This document shows, piece by piece, positions 11,841 through 22,799 of a stretch of 64,000 bases of DNA (position 1 is the stretch's first letter; each line of letters opens with the position of its first letter). Made by a program: the position numbers and the translations under genes. Where the stretch lies: NCBI RefSeq assembly GCF_018350175.1, contig NC_058368.1, positions 53,570,001-53,634,000 of the forward strand. Direction: 5' to 3'. Source of the DNA: Felis catus. Taxonomy: Eukaryota. Under the pieces are notes generated by a model that saw only the letters and a list, made by a program, of their open reading frames with translations, searched no databases and was not told the origin of the DNA.

Positions 11841-13983
11841 AGGAAAACATTCTTCAAGAGAAGAAAAATATTGCCTGGAAAATACCTATTTATCAAAAAC
11901 CTCTGCTCTTATTGAATGTTCTTTGCAGCTTAAAAATAAACACCTAGAATAATTTTTCTCTGGTTTGTTAGTTCAAATGACCCCAGATTTCTTTTTTAAA
12001 AGACATTTCACTGTTTAAGAATGGGGTCATGAGTTTCAAGGCTGTTTTTCTGATGAAGGAAAAAAAAGCAAAAGTGAACATCATAAATTGGCTTCGGTTA
12101 CATCCCACACTTAAGTTACTAAAGAACATTAGTCCTTACTCGGCCATCTGCTGTGCAGTGTGCAGGCAGGGTTGGGAAAGCAACACGTGTGAATTCAGAG
12201 ACTTCTCTCTCTCCATTCTGGCCCAGAAAAGAGAAACAGAAATCTAGCACTATCCATTGAGCTGACATTTTCCCACAGTCGGTCTCAAATTTCATAGTCC
12301 TTGTTAAGTAAGTTGATCATCTCAGTCCTGTTCCCAGTGGGCAAATGTTCATGCATTTAAATAGAATATGAAGAGGGGATTTGATGAACCAAAAACCTCA
12401 CTGAAGAGACATCAAAGATGGAGGATGTCTGAGGACCGCAAACCTGCTTTGGCCCACCATTTTTGCAAATGATTTAACCCTGTGCTTGAAGGAGGAGAGG
12501 CAAAGAGGATCCACCGTTAATTTTTTATTTTTCATTTTACTTTTTGCTTTCTGTAAGCAGATGCAATCCTGTGTGGAATACCTGTTCTACTTTGTTCCCC
12601 TTTCCCCTTCTTCTGCCTTTGCTTTATCCCTTAAATTTTAAAATACCCTTAATATCGATTGAGTTAGGGACAAAGTCAAGGTTAAAGATTAAGTGGGGGT
12701 GATTATGGATTTTTTTTCCCCCTTTTGCTTCAAATACTGATTAATGCAGGCCGGGTGGGAGAATAATTGGTTTTTACTGCCACTTGCGTGAAGACTTAGC
12801 TTGAGCAAAATATGTAACCTAAATTGTACCCCCTTGATGGAAAACTTTTCTATTGATTATCTTTTGCAAATATTAAGTCAGTGTTAAATAAATGACAGTA
12901 TTTGGAGAAACAACAAAATGGGAACATAATAAGGTCCGTTTTGATGTGTGAGGTCCTGGTCCCACGAACACAGACGTGGTTGTCTTCTATTCATACCTGC
13001 ATACATTTCTATGCAGCACAAAGGGAAGGAGGTATATAAGAGTATTTAGGATTTTTTATGTACTAAATCAAATGGTTGGGCTCGTGACTTTGGTCACGTA
13101 AGAGGATTTTAAACCTTCATGTTCTAACTTCTAAAACAACACATTCTGTGATTTGGAAGTAAGGTTTTTTTGTTTTTTTTGTTTTGTTTTGTTTTGTTTT
13201 TGGTGTTTCATTTATAGCTAGTAAAACAAATCTGCGTGGTTACTAAAAGGTATAGCATATTGTATCCGTTACATTTTGGAAGATGTGTATTGGTGCTAAG
13301 TAAAAAAAAAAAAAAAAAAAATTCACAGTAATTCTGCTTGTAGAAAAAGATTGGTATAGCTTAAAATTTCCTAGGAAGTTTCCATATCAAACTTTGGTTC
13401 TCCAAAGCCATATGCTAATCCATAAAAGTGTCATTCAGGAGGTTGAAAGAATATTTTCTATTGGCTTGAAATTTTTACCAATCAGAGTATATTTCCAGAC
13501 TACTGATAAAATAAAAGTAAGGACAAGTAAGACCTGTACAGGCACCTATATTAACATTCCAGCATGGATTTGTTTCTTAAATGAGGGAGCAAAAGTGAGA
13601 AAAACATGATTAAGAGCGCATTCTACAACCAGATAAGAGAGAATTAGTACAAGTTGCTGTGAAAGCGATCCAGCCAGGTACTTTGCTTTTAAATCCTTTG
13701 TTCCTCTTCTTGCAGGGTTTCCTGTGCTAACACAGGATCAGATTTTTAAATTAAAGGGATTAAAGTTCTTATTGGGAGAATTTCATGCTTCACCCAGTGG
13801 GTGAGAATGAATGTTATCTGGAAGGGCATTGAAGTGTTTTCATGCCCCCAAACTCACATGAAGGAGAGAACTGCTCACTCCCATTGTGCGGGGTGATTAT
13901 AAGCTTGAGACTGATTTTTTTTTCAGCTTGTAAACAGGCTCTGAAGACAGTTTCCAAATACAACTGTATTTCAAAGTATTTAC

Positions 13984-14049
13984 TTTCCAAAAAATCTCCA
14001 AGTAAATATTTTGAAATATAATACCTATTTTGTATACGTTCTGGTATAT
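13984..14049 (-). pseudogene. Candidate 66-nt exon
   Basis: cttatcag|ATATAC...TGGAAA|gtaaat; open frame IPERIQNRYYISKYLLGDFLE. Another strong minus-strand acceptor (ttacttttattttatcag) precedes 13,502. Confidence 0.3.
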
Positions 14050-14149
14050 CTGATAAGAGCCCCATTAAAATATTTTCCTTCTAAGGAAGATTGCCAGGTG
14101 GAAATAAACAGTAGGAAGAGTTTTGAAGAAAAAGACGAAGATAAAACTG

Positions 14150-14280
14150 CTCTCACGCTTGTTAGCTGGGTGACTGGTTTAGTCTCAGTGCCTCTCTAAG
14201 CCTCTGTTTCCATATCTATAAAATGGGAATAATATCCTCTGTTGTGTGGGTTGTTTTAATATTTATTAGAAAACACTTCA
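14150..14280 (+). mobile_element. MIR
   Basis: ctctctaagcctctgtttccatatctataaaatgggaataata core. Confidence 0.85.
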
Positions 14281-14283
14281 TGA

Positions 14284-14449
14284 GGGGTAGTTCAGTTGGT
14301 TAAGCATCCAAATCTTGATTTCTGCTCAGGTCATGATCTCTTGGGTTTGTGAGTTCGAGCCCCGCATCAGGTTCTGTGCTCATAGCACAAAGCCTGCTTG
14401 GCATTGTGTGTCTCTCCCTCTCTGTCTGTTCCTTCCCTCTTCATTCTCA

Positions 14450-14506
<57 letters not shown>

Positions 14507-14533
14507 AAACTTAAAAAACCCCCACAAAAATAC
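14284..14533 (+). mobile_element. CAN-SINE with expanded (CT)n
   Basis: SINE body with B-box gagttcgagccc and (CT)n at about 14,455-14,502; TSD aaaca(c/t)ttcatgag. Confidence 0.95.
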
Positions 14534-14610
14534 AAGAAACATTTCATGAGATAACATGGTGTTTGTAACAGATGGAATTCTAATTCTTAGGAAGAATGAC
14601 CACGCCTTAC

Positions 14611-15363
14611 TCAGAATAGGCAAACAGTGAATTCATATTTGAGGTCAACACAGAAAAATTACTGTGTATCTTCAAATTTTTTTTTTTAATTTTTTTTAAC
14701 GTTTATTTATTTTTGAGACAGAGAGAGACAGAGCGTGAACAGGGGAGGGTCAGAGAGAGGGAGACACAGAATCTGAAACAGGCTTCAGGCTCTGAGCTGT
14801 CAGCACAGAGCCCGACGCGGGGCTCAAACTCACAGACCACGAGATCATGACCTGAGCCGAAGTCAGCCACTTAACCGACTGAGCCACCCAGGTGCCCCTC
14901 TTCAAATTTCTTTAACTTGTGATATATTACTTTTCATTGATGTTATCTTCAACTAAAATATGTTAAGCAAGAGTAGATCTTTCTCAAGGAAATCCTCAAT
15001 CCTGTCTGCATTAGCTATACATTCAGTGCCTGTTGGCACTTTTCATAGATGTATTGATGCTGGTTTGTTCTTTTTTTTTGAAATTGGATTTTTGTAATTT
15101 TCTTATGATTTAACTTTCTTATGATGTGTATATATAATCCTGTGCTACTTTTATTGGGAGCCATGGCTATGTCCAAGAACATTGCATGAGAGCTATCCTT
15201 GATATACCAACTTTAAATCTAGTCTGGGTCGCTTTTTTTTTAGGGATAACGAACTCTTGCTTATATCCATAAATAGATCATAGGTGATGATGAGCAGCAT
15301 AAACTTGATAGAAAGGATGATGTTTCATAGGGGTTTTGTTCTATCAAAATTCTGGTTGTTTTG
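14611..15363 (-). pseudogene. Candidate large degenerate exon interrupted by a SINE
   Basis: gtaattcag|CAAAAC... to ...TTCTGA|gtaagg. Fragments KTTRILIEQNPYETSSFLSSLCCSSSP, DLFMDISKSSLSLKKKRPRLDLK and IANADRIEDFLEKDLLLLN are separated by stops or frameshifts. Confidence 0.35.
14680..14898 (-). mobile_element. CAN-SINE (SINEC_Fc)
   Basis: Full SINE; perfect TSD tcttcaaattt at 14,669-14,679 and 14,899-14,909. Confidence 0.97.
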
Positions 15364-15660
15364 CTGAATTACATTCTCTACACACCCATCCAGCCTCCAG
15401 TCCAGCTCAGATCCATATTTAATTGCATTCCATTTCTAGGCTTCTTCAATACTTCCGAAATAACTTCTTACTCTATACTCACCTGGCTCAGTCCCACACC
15501 ACAGGTCATCTCCTACTCGCACATCAGTACCATGTGTCCTTCTGCACTAACTGGGCTGCTAGAACACCTGCTCTGCATGCCAAGTGGCACTGCTGCCAGA
15601 CATGGTCCTCCTCTGCCTAAGCTCCTAGCAGTTGCCACTGGGGCAAGGTGTCCAGGACCC

Positions 15661-16203
15661 TGAGATCTCAAAATGTGCAATTAGATGATGGCTAAGACCA
15701 TACATCAAATAGAGCTCTGATCCACAGTCTGTAGCAAACAGCCCAGGAAGCCACCTCCTCTCCATTAACCAGCCCAGAAGCCAGCCTACTATCTAGAAGT
15801 TAGACTTCCAGGAGATCAGACCACTATCTCTAGTGACCAGCCCAGAAAACCCCCAAAATGACAATCAGCCTCCTAGGGTCAGGACTTGATCAGTAACTGA
15901 CAGCTTTCCTAATTTGTTTCTGCCTCCAGCCTAGGACCAACCAGAGAGTGCTAAATATACATCCGTAACCAACAACATATGATACCCAGCTTCTAGTTAG
16001 CCTATCTCCAGCTCCCTATGCCAACAGCCCCCAGTCAGGGCATACCTGAAAGTCTTCCTTTTTTTCCACTATAAAGCTTTCCCACCCCCTCAGCCTGCCT
16101 TTGAGTCTCAGCTCAAGTGCAAGTTACAGTGGCTGACTCACTTGTTGTAGGAAGCTCTGAATAAATAGCCTTTGTTCTCATTTGGTTGGTCTTTATTTCC
16201 ACA
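15661..16203 (+). mobile_element. Solo LTR, ERV1 class (MER39-like)
   Basis: TG...CA ends, repeated cagccca(g)gaa motifs, TATAAA at about 16,070, AATAAA at about 16,160; accc on both flanks as a possible TSD. Confidence 0.8.
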
Positions 16204-16773
16204 CCCAGTTCCTGGCACAGGTAAGTATGGTTTTTTGAGGTTGGTCCTTACAGCAGTGTTAGGCCTGAACAAAGATGCCAGTTCTCTGTGCCAAGTTTTG
16301 CCTGAATTATGGTGTGGTTATGATGTATACGATGGCTGCTCTTTACCAGCTCTGGTCACCTACCTGGAGATCAGGACGAATTAGTCCTCTGAATACAGAG
16401 CGTCGGTTCTTTCTCTCATTGTCATGCTTGATGGCCTATTGGGCAGGATTTATATGGTAGACACTCCTTGTCTATTCTATTTAGCTTTCTTTGGGTGTCT
16501 GCCTTTTCTGCAACAAAGCAGTCAAGACCCTTTTTTTTTCTCTTGCTAGGAAAGTGAAAAATCGAAGTATGCATGAAATGTCTGGCTTATCTTACAATAA
16601 TTAACTGAATATCATCTCACTAGAATTCAAATGGTTTCTTTGAAAGTCAGTTGGACATTTTAGTCCGATAGATACTCAGGATCCGAATGACTCAAATTAA
16701 CCTTTCCTTGAATTGAAAATTCTATGATGAAATCCTTAGGATTGAGCAATTTATACTGCCTTTAATACGTTAC

Positions 16774-17194
16774 CTGCTTTGTGGCAGGCAGTACATTTGT
16801 ACATATCTCAACCACTCTTCCAGCCACTTCTCCTACCTCCTTAGTCCCAGTTTATCTTCTTGTGCCTCTTTTTAGGTTTTAGAGCCTAGAAAATGCTAGC
16901 TCGTTGTTTTATGTTAAAACAAGCAATTTTCCAGAGTCAAGTATGTGGTTCATCTACGGTAAGTGTGTGTCCTCCAGTTTTATTTCTTCTGAAGCCACAA
17001 TCTTTCCAGACTGCTTTATAGTATAATCTCAGTGCCCACATGTTAAATAAACCATGTTAAAATGCACCATTTGTGGTACAATCAGCACAAATAATCTGGG
17101 TGACAGGACAGCCTGATGAGCAGATGCCTTCTAGGTTAAGTTCATGTATTTGAGTGATGACCATGTCGTCGCAGTTCGCTTCTCTGGAGCTCTC
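16774..17194 (-). pseudogene. Candidate degenerate exon
   Basis: Donor CAG|gtaacg at 16,774; acceptors before 17,194 (weak) or 16,885 (ttttctag). Fragments ESSREANCDDMVITQIHELNLEGICSSGCPVTQIICADC and EKWLEEWLRYVQMYCLPQS. Confidence 0.35.
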
Positions 17195-17204
17195 CTTTGA
17201 CAGG

Positions 17205-17280
17205 GATGTTACAACCTATCCTGACTTCAGAAATCTTAAAATATGGACAAAAATGCATCTTAGAATTGAGAAACGCAGTC
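17205..17280. mobile_element. MER104-like TcMar DNA transposon end
   Basis: cagaaatcttaaaatatgg...aaatgcatcttagaattgagaaac resembles the MER104 terminus. Confidence 0.55.
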
Positions 17281-18229
17281 ATTGCAAAATGAGCCAAGTC
17301 CCATCCCTCCCCACTTCAAAAGCTTAGCCAAGTTGTACCATCAGGGTAGGCGAGCACCTGAAAAACACAGCCTTTAGAGGCTTGTTGAGCCAAAGGCCTA
17401 AACGGGAAGCATTCAGTTCGTTTCTTCTCACAGCAAGTTTTATCATTCTGCCTCTAAAGTCCATCTTTGTGGTGCGTGCTGGGCTCCATCCATCTGCTGC
17501 TATCACGTTTCGTGACCCCATCCTCTCCGCCCCAGGGCTGCTGGGCACTGCCTCTGTCTTCATCCGTTCTCTCCTCTTCCCTGCCCTCCATGGCACAGGG
17601 ACACATTTCAACACCTGTACTCACATCCCTTTCGTGTTAACAACCCTTCAGTGGATCCTAGGTGCGCATTGAGTGAAATCCTAACTCTCTGAAGGCGCTT
17701 GCCTTCTATTCCAAACTCCTCTTTGTGCTCCCCATCCAGGCCTCCTTCCAGTTGTTCCTTGTACCTGTCAAACTCTTCCATAGTGCGGGGACCCCCTTCC
17801 CCCCCCCACTCTCTTCTCCATGCTGACTCGCCACTTTTCAGGTCTTGACTTGAATGGCAACTTCTCAGAGAGGCTCTCCTGCCAGCCCTGGTTAAGTAGG
17901 CTTCCTCTCCCCACTTCTGCACCTCCACCATCTGCGATTTTCCTACTGCTTTCTTTCATAGCACTCCCTCATGTGAAATTGCACATGGATGTGTTGGTAA
18001 ATAGACCAACCTCTCTAAGGGGAAGAAGCCTGCTTGCTTGGTCACTTAAGGGCTCAGAACCTCATGGTGCTACATAATTATTTGTGGGATAAGTGCCTCA
18101 AAGAACAGGACTGTAGGCACAGGACTAGAGAACTGTGCCAGCAGCCAGAACCCCGAGCCCCAGACCTAGAGGAAGAAGCCTATCTAGTAGGGCAGTATTT
18201 CCTAGTGGAAAGAATATTAGATGGGAATG

Positions 18230-18390
18230 AGAGGCCTGATTTCTGGTCTTGGTTCTGCACATAATAGCTGCATTAACTTGAGTTGAGTATTTGACCTGAC
18301 TATAATTCTGGTTTTTTGTAAAGGGAATAATGATGCCTACTCATTAATTATTACAAAGATTATATGAGACCGACGTCCATGAAATTGTCC
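18230..18390 (+). mobile_element. MIR
   Basis: ggcctgatttctggtcttggttctgcac...tgtaaagggaataatgatgcctac. Confidence 0.65.
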
Positions 18391-18922
18391 TGCGAAGTGA
18401 AGTCATTATTCAGATATAGAGGCAAGGAACAAATTGTAGGAACTGTTTAAGGTGGGGACTTTGTCACAGCAGCTGACAAAAGGCCAAGGCCTAGTCTCAG
18501 GTACAGGACCAGAGCCTGACTGGTATGGGTGTGACAGACAGTAAGTTTCCACTGATCTTAGGATCCGTAGTTCTCCGCTACCAGGATCAGAATGTGTCCC
18601 ATAGTTTTGTGGGGGGGATGAACGTGTCTGTGCGGGCCTCAGGGCTCTGGCTGTAGGCTTGAGAAGGCTGCCAAGGAAGGGATTCCATAGCTTGCCTCTT
18701 GGTTTTTCCTCTCCCCTCCATGTCTTCAGGCTCCTATCTTCTCCCATTTCTCTCACCCTATCGATTTCCTCTATAAAGCAAAGAGCAGAAAGGCATTCAC
18801 AACGTAAATAACTGAATAGTTGGAAGAATGTTTGCCTTCTAACAGGCAGTCGTAGTCTTAACCTAAATAATCAGAATTTTGTAAAATCTCAGGCATTCCC
18901 AAAAATTAAAAAAAAAAAAATA

Positions 18923-19140
18923 GGGGCGCCTGGGTGGCTCAGTCGGTTGAGTGTTGGACTTCAGCTCAGGTCATGATCTCACGGTTCTTGGGTTCCAGCC
19001 CCATATCGGGCTCTGTGCTGACAGCTCAGAGCCTGGAGCCTGCTTCAGATTCTGTGTCTTCCTCTCTCTCTTCCCTCCCCCACTCATGTTCGGTCTCTCT
19101 CTCAAAAAGAAGCAAACATTAAAACAAAACAAAACAACAA
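18923..19140 (+). mobile_element. CAN-SINE
   Basis: GGGGCGCCTGGGTGGCTCAGTCGG head, CT region and A-rich tail. Confidence 0.97.
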
Positions 19141-19214
19141 CTCAGGCGTTCCCTGATGAACTGGGGAGGCATTTGGGAATAATCTGCTTTGTACAACTCC
19201 TCTCTATACATTTG

Positions 19215-19610
19215 TGCTTGTGGCGGGAGTAGCTCACTGTGTCTTAGAATTCATGCCCTTCCTTCCAAGGTATAGATGCTTTAGGAAATGTCTGCCTAGC
19301 CAGGACTGCGTGTATGAGTCCCCTTGCTTCTAGGTCGGGCCCCATGTGTGATGTGTGTCACTTCTAGGTCAAGGCATCTGATCAGTGCTGTGCCTTCTTC
19401 ATGTTCCCTGTCCCCTCCCAGTGCCGAGTGCAGATGACATGGTTCTAAGGAATGGGAGAGCCAGAGCGAGAACGGAGCCGGTGTCCTTGACTCCCTGTGT
19501 GGTGGAAAGCGCTCTGCTCTCCCTCTTTACACTATTAGATAAGACAGAAATCAACCTCTGTTGATTTTTGCATGGATTTGGTGTAACCACTAGTGTTGTA
19601 ATGAACACAG
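19215..19610 (+). mobile_element. MaLR (MLT1-type) solo LTR
   Basis: tgtggcgggag start, tgtgtcacttctaggtcaaggcat, and agaaatcaacctctgtt near the 3' end. Confidence 0.7.
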
Positions 19611-19822
19611 GGGATGTTTTCTGGGATTAAAATGGAAGACCTGAAGCAATTCTGCTTAATATTCAAATTGGAAGATCTCTCATCTTATAACTAAACCTAT
19701 TATGAACAATTATCTAGTGCTCAAACAGAAGTTCGCCCTAGTTATACAACATAAATATCAGTGACATGGTTAACAACCACCAAAGATGAAATACTGAGCA
19801 GCCGTTAGCAGAGTACAATTAC

Positions 19823-19904
19823 CTAATACATAAATCAGTTGGGAGACTTTTATTTTTCTGCATCTTCTAAAATGACCAAATTGCCGAGGTTGAATTTTGA
19901 AAAC
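19823..19904 (-). pseudogene. Candidate start-containing exon (82 nt)
   Basis: tttaacttgctttacag|GTTTTC...TATTAG|gtaatt; contains AAGATGC and reads MQKNKSLPTDLCI. Confidence 0.3.
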
Positions 19905-21484
19905 CTGTAAAGCAAGTTAAAGGCTGTAATCTTTGTGTCCATCAGACAACGATGATTTATTTTTATTTTTGACATTACATCTTCCTTTTTTTTTTTTTTA
20001 TCTTTGTCTGCCCTATTGTTTCTCACATTACTTTGAGAGTAAGCCAGAAGGTGGTAAAAGCTTGTGTTTCGCCAACTCACGGAAACAGCTGACATCCTGT
20101 CTCTCTCTATTAATGAGTAATAGACAGGTGGATACTTACCAGTGGCTCCAGCTGAATTATGACAAGACCCATCATGAGGCAGGCTGGGAGGCTTGTCTAC
20201 TGTGTGAGTAAGGGTGGTTCAACAGAACAGCTCCTGGGTTTCTCAGCAAGTGGGGACAAGTTTGTACATTGCTGGCTCTCTCTAAATAGTCCTAACAGTT
20301 GTTTTTGTAAAGGCCCTTACAATGATTCTCTCTGCTAATGTTTGTTCTGTAGAAAATCTGTTGGGTCTTTTGTAGGTGAAGCTAAAGCATGCAGAGTTTC
20401 AAAAAAAAAATTGCTGAGGATTAACAACAGCATTAGAATTCAGAGTTCCTGAGGACTCTATACATTATTGAGGCCCCTGAAGATATGGCCCTTGTCACTT
20501 GGAAGCTACACGAATAATTTCAGGGCAAAAGAGTCTTCTTGGCTGCCCACAGAAATAACGCAGCTTGTTGCAATGTTACCTTGGTGATGTCTGTATATGG
20601 TAACCTTAGTTCGGGAAAGCTTCCAGGGTTTATTGGTATTGTCTCATTCATTCTTTCATCAAGCCATTCACGGAGCAGGTGTGAAGTATGAGCATCCCTT
20701 CATAAAGGCGGTGGAGACAAAGTAGTTTGCTGAAGGTGCCATTCACCTGTGATGTTTTCTTTCACTTTCCTGGAGCTGTGTCTTTTACTCGAGTGAACCA
20801 TGTAAACTGGAGTCAGGCATTACACTTGTATGTTAGTCCCTTAGCCACTTCTAGTGTTATTGAGCCTGAAGTAAATCTCATAAATATTTGCAAATAAATA
20901 AATGACCAAATGTATGAATCAAAGAGACGAGGTTTGAAATGACTGAATTTGGGAGCATGCTGTACGAATGTCAAGACCTTGTCAGCGTTAAGAAAGCAGA
21001 GTGTGCAACTCCTACATGATTCTTATTGCAGGCGATTTCTTAAGTAGGGTCAGCCTTTCAAATATAACTGTCTTGTGTGCCTTTGGTCTAGCACAGCTGA
21101 TAAATAATAGCAAAACTCCCTTGTGTTGTGAGAAGGGAACTCAATGAGCCTAGAAGCCCCCACAACTATGCCAATGGCAAAAAAAAAAAAAAAAATTGAA
21201 AATAGTTGTTGGGGATCAAATGATCTAGCAAGAAGGATTGTAATACTTTGACAAATATAAACACAAGTGAGTCACACAGGGAAACTGAGGGACAAGAACA
21301 AAACCTAGGCTATATCTGTGTCTTCTAACTCGATGGCATAGTTACCAGAACATGATGGTTGACCCCCTGGCTGTATGCTGGAAAAGACAGGGGGCTGCCT
21401 ATAATTAAATGGTGTGACTTAGATTTCTCAGTTTAAGGCCTGGACAGAATATTTCAGAAGAAAGGCATCTGATAGAATTGAAAA

Positions 21485-21625
21485 ACCATGGGCTTTAACT
21501 TCTTTCAGACTTGTGTTTGTGTATCTGGCTTCATCACTCACAAGTTCTGTGAGTTTGGGTTTGGATTTAACCTCTCATTGGTGCAGTTTGCTTATTTATG
21601 AAATGGATTACTTTTACCATCACTG
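21485..21625 (+). mobile_element. MIR
   Basis: tttaacctctc...cagtttgcttatttatgaaatgg core. Confidence 0.65.
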
Positions 21626-21795
21626 TAAGGTACTCTTCTAATCATTATTTTATCGCATTTAATTAGGTAGTTTGACTAGTTTTTTGAGAGTAAGTGATCT
21701 TAGGAAATGAGTATGAGAGTAGTTTTTGTTTCATGATCATTTCTAAAGGTATTTTAACCTATCTGGTACCATTATTTTGCTATGTCCTCTGCTTT

Positions 21796-22139
21796 TTCTC
21801 TCTTTTTTTTTAAATTTTATTTTTTAAAATTTATATCCAAATTAGCTTATAGTGGAACAATGATTTCAGGAGTAGATTCCTTAGTTCCCCTCACCCATTT
21901 AGCCCATCCCCCGTCCCACAACCCCTCCAGTAACCCTCAGTTTGTTCTCCATATTTGAGTCTCTTCTGTTTTGTCCCTCTCCCTGTTTTTATATTATTTT
22001 TATTTCCCTTCCCTTATGTTCATCTGTTTTGTGTCTTAAAGTACTCACATGAGTGAAGTCATATGATTTTTATCTTTCTCTGACTAATTTCACTTAACAT
22101 AATACCTGCCAGTTCCATCCAAGTCGTTGCAAATGGCGA
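21796..22139 (-). mobile_element. 5'-truncated carnivore L1
   Basis: T-rich tail and L1 3' UTR; TSD tatgt(c/a)ctc(t/a)gcttt at 21,781-21,795 and 22,140-22,154. Confidence 0.92.
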
Positions 22140-22466
22140 TATGTACTCAGCTTTAACAAAAACATTCCATATTATCCATTCTGTAGGAAAATATGTGCAG
22201 TAAGAGTCGGGGATACTGTGGTGAACATTGAATTATAGATACTCAGCAGCTTATTGACACAGGCTTGATCCCAACCCCAGTGCATGAAGTTAGCAAAATA
22301 TTAAAGATAGAGAATAAATCTACTTAAGAATACTAATGAGGAAGTTTAATTAGACATCGACGCACATCCTCTGCAAACTTATATATACATACAAATCTAT
22401 TTCACTGTCTGCTGTCTGCAGTAGCTGTAAATATCATGAGAGGACTTTATTTAGTAAGTGATGTTT

Positions 22467-22634
22467 TATTTTTATTTATTTGTTTTAATATATGAAACTT
22501 ATTGTCAAATTGGTTTGCATACAACACCCAGTGCTCATCCCAAAAGATGCCCTCTTCAATACCCATCACCTCCCCTCCCCTCCCTCCCACCCCACATCAA
22601 CCCTCAGGTCTCAGTTTTTAAGAGTCTCTTATGC
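22467..22634 (-). mobile_element. Very short felid-type L1 3' end
   Basis: attgtcaaattggtttgcatacaacacccagtgctcatccc; TSD agtaa(g/a)tgatgtttt. Confidence 0.9.
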
Positions 22635-22799
22635 AGTAAATGATGTTTTATATTGATCTTTGGTATATCAAACCAAACTTTAGAAATAAATTTCTCAGTA
22701 ACTGGTAATTTTACTGAGGTTTAAATAGAACTATTGGGGGAAAATTTAGTCTAAGGCAGTATTTCTTTTTAACCTTCTTTTCTCATTGAAAGGTAGTTC

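Noticed and set aside
15305..15347. 9-bp inverted repeat ttgatagaa/ttctatcaa as a small RNA hairpin
   Set aside because: A short AT-rich stem, expected by chance in 64 kb.
16774..16810. YKCTACHKA, resembling the start of a C2H2 zinc finger
   Set aside because: Preceded by in-frame stops, with no completing His pair at a usable distance; another frame fits the next candidate exon better.
18934..19232. Recurrent MAQSV...SAQVMIS... ORFs (also at 145, 23,752, 41,229, 43,240, 50,756 and others)
   Set aside because: These are translations of CAN-SINE copies, not a gene family.
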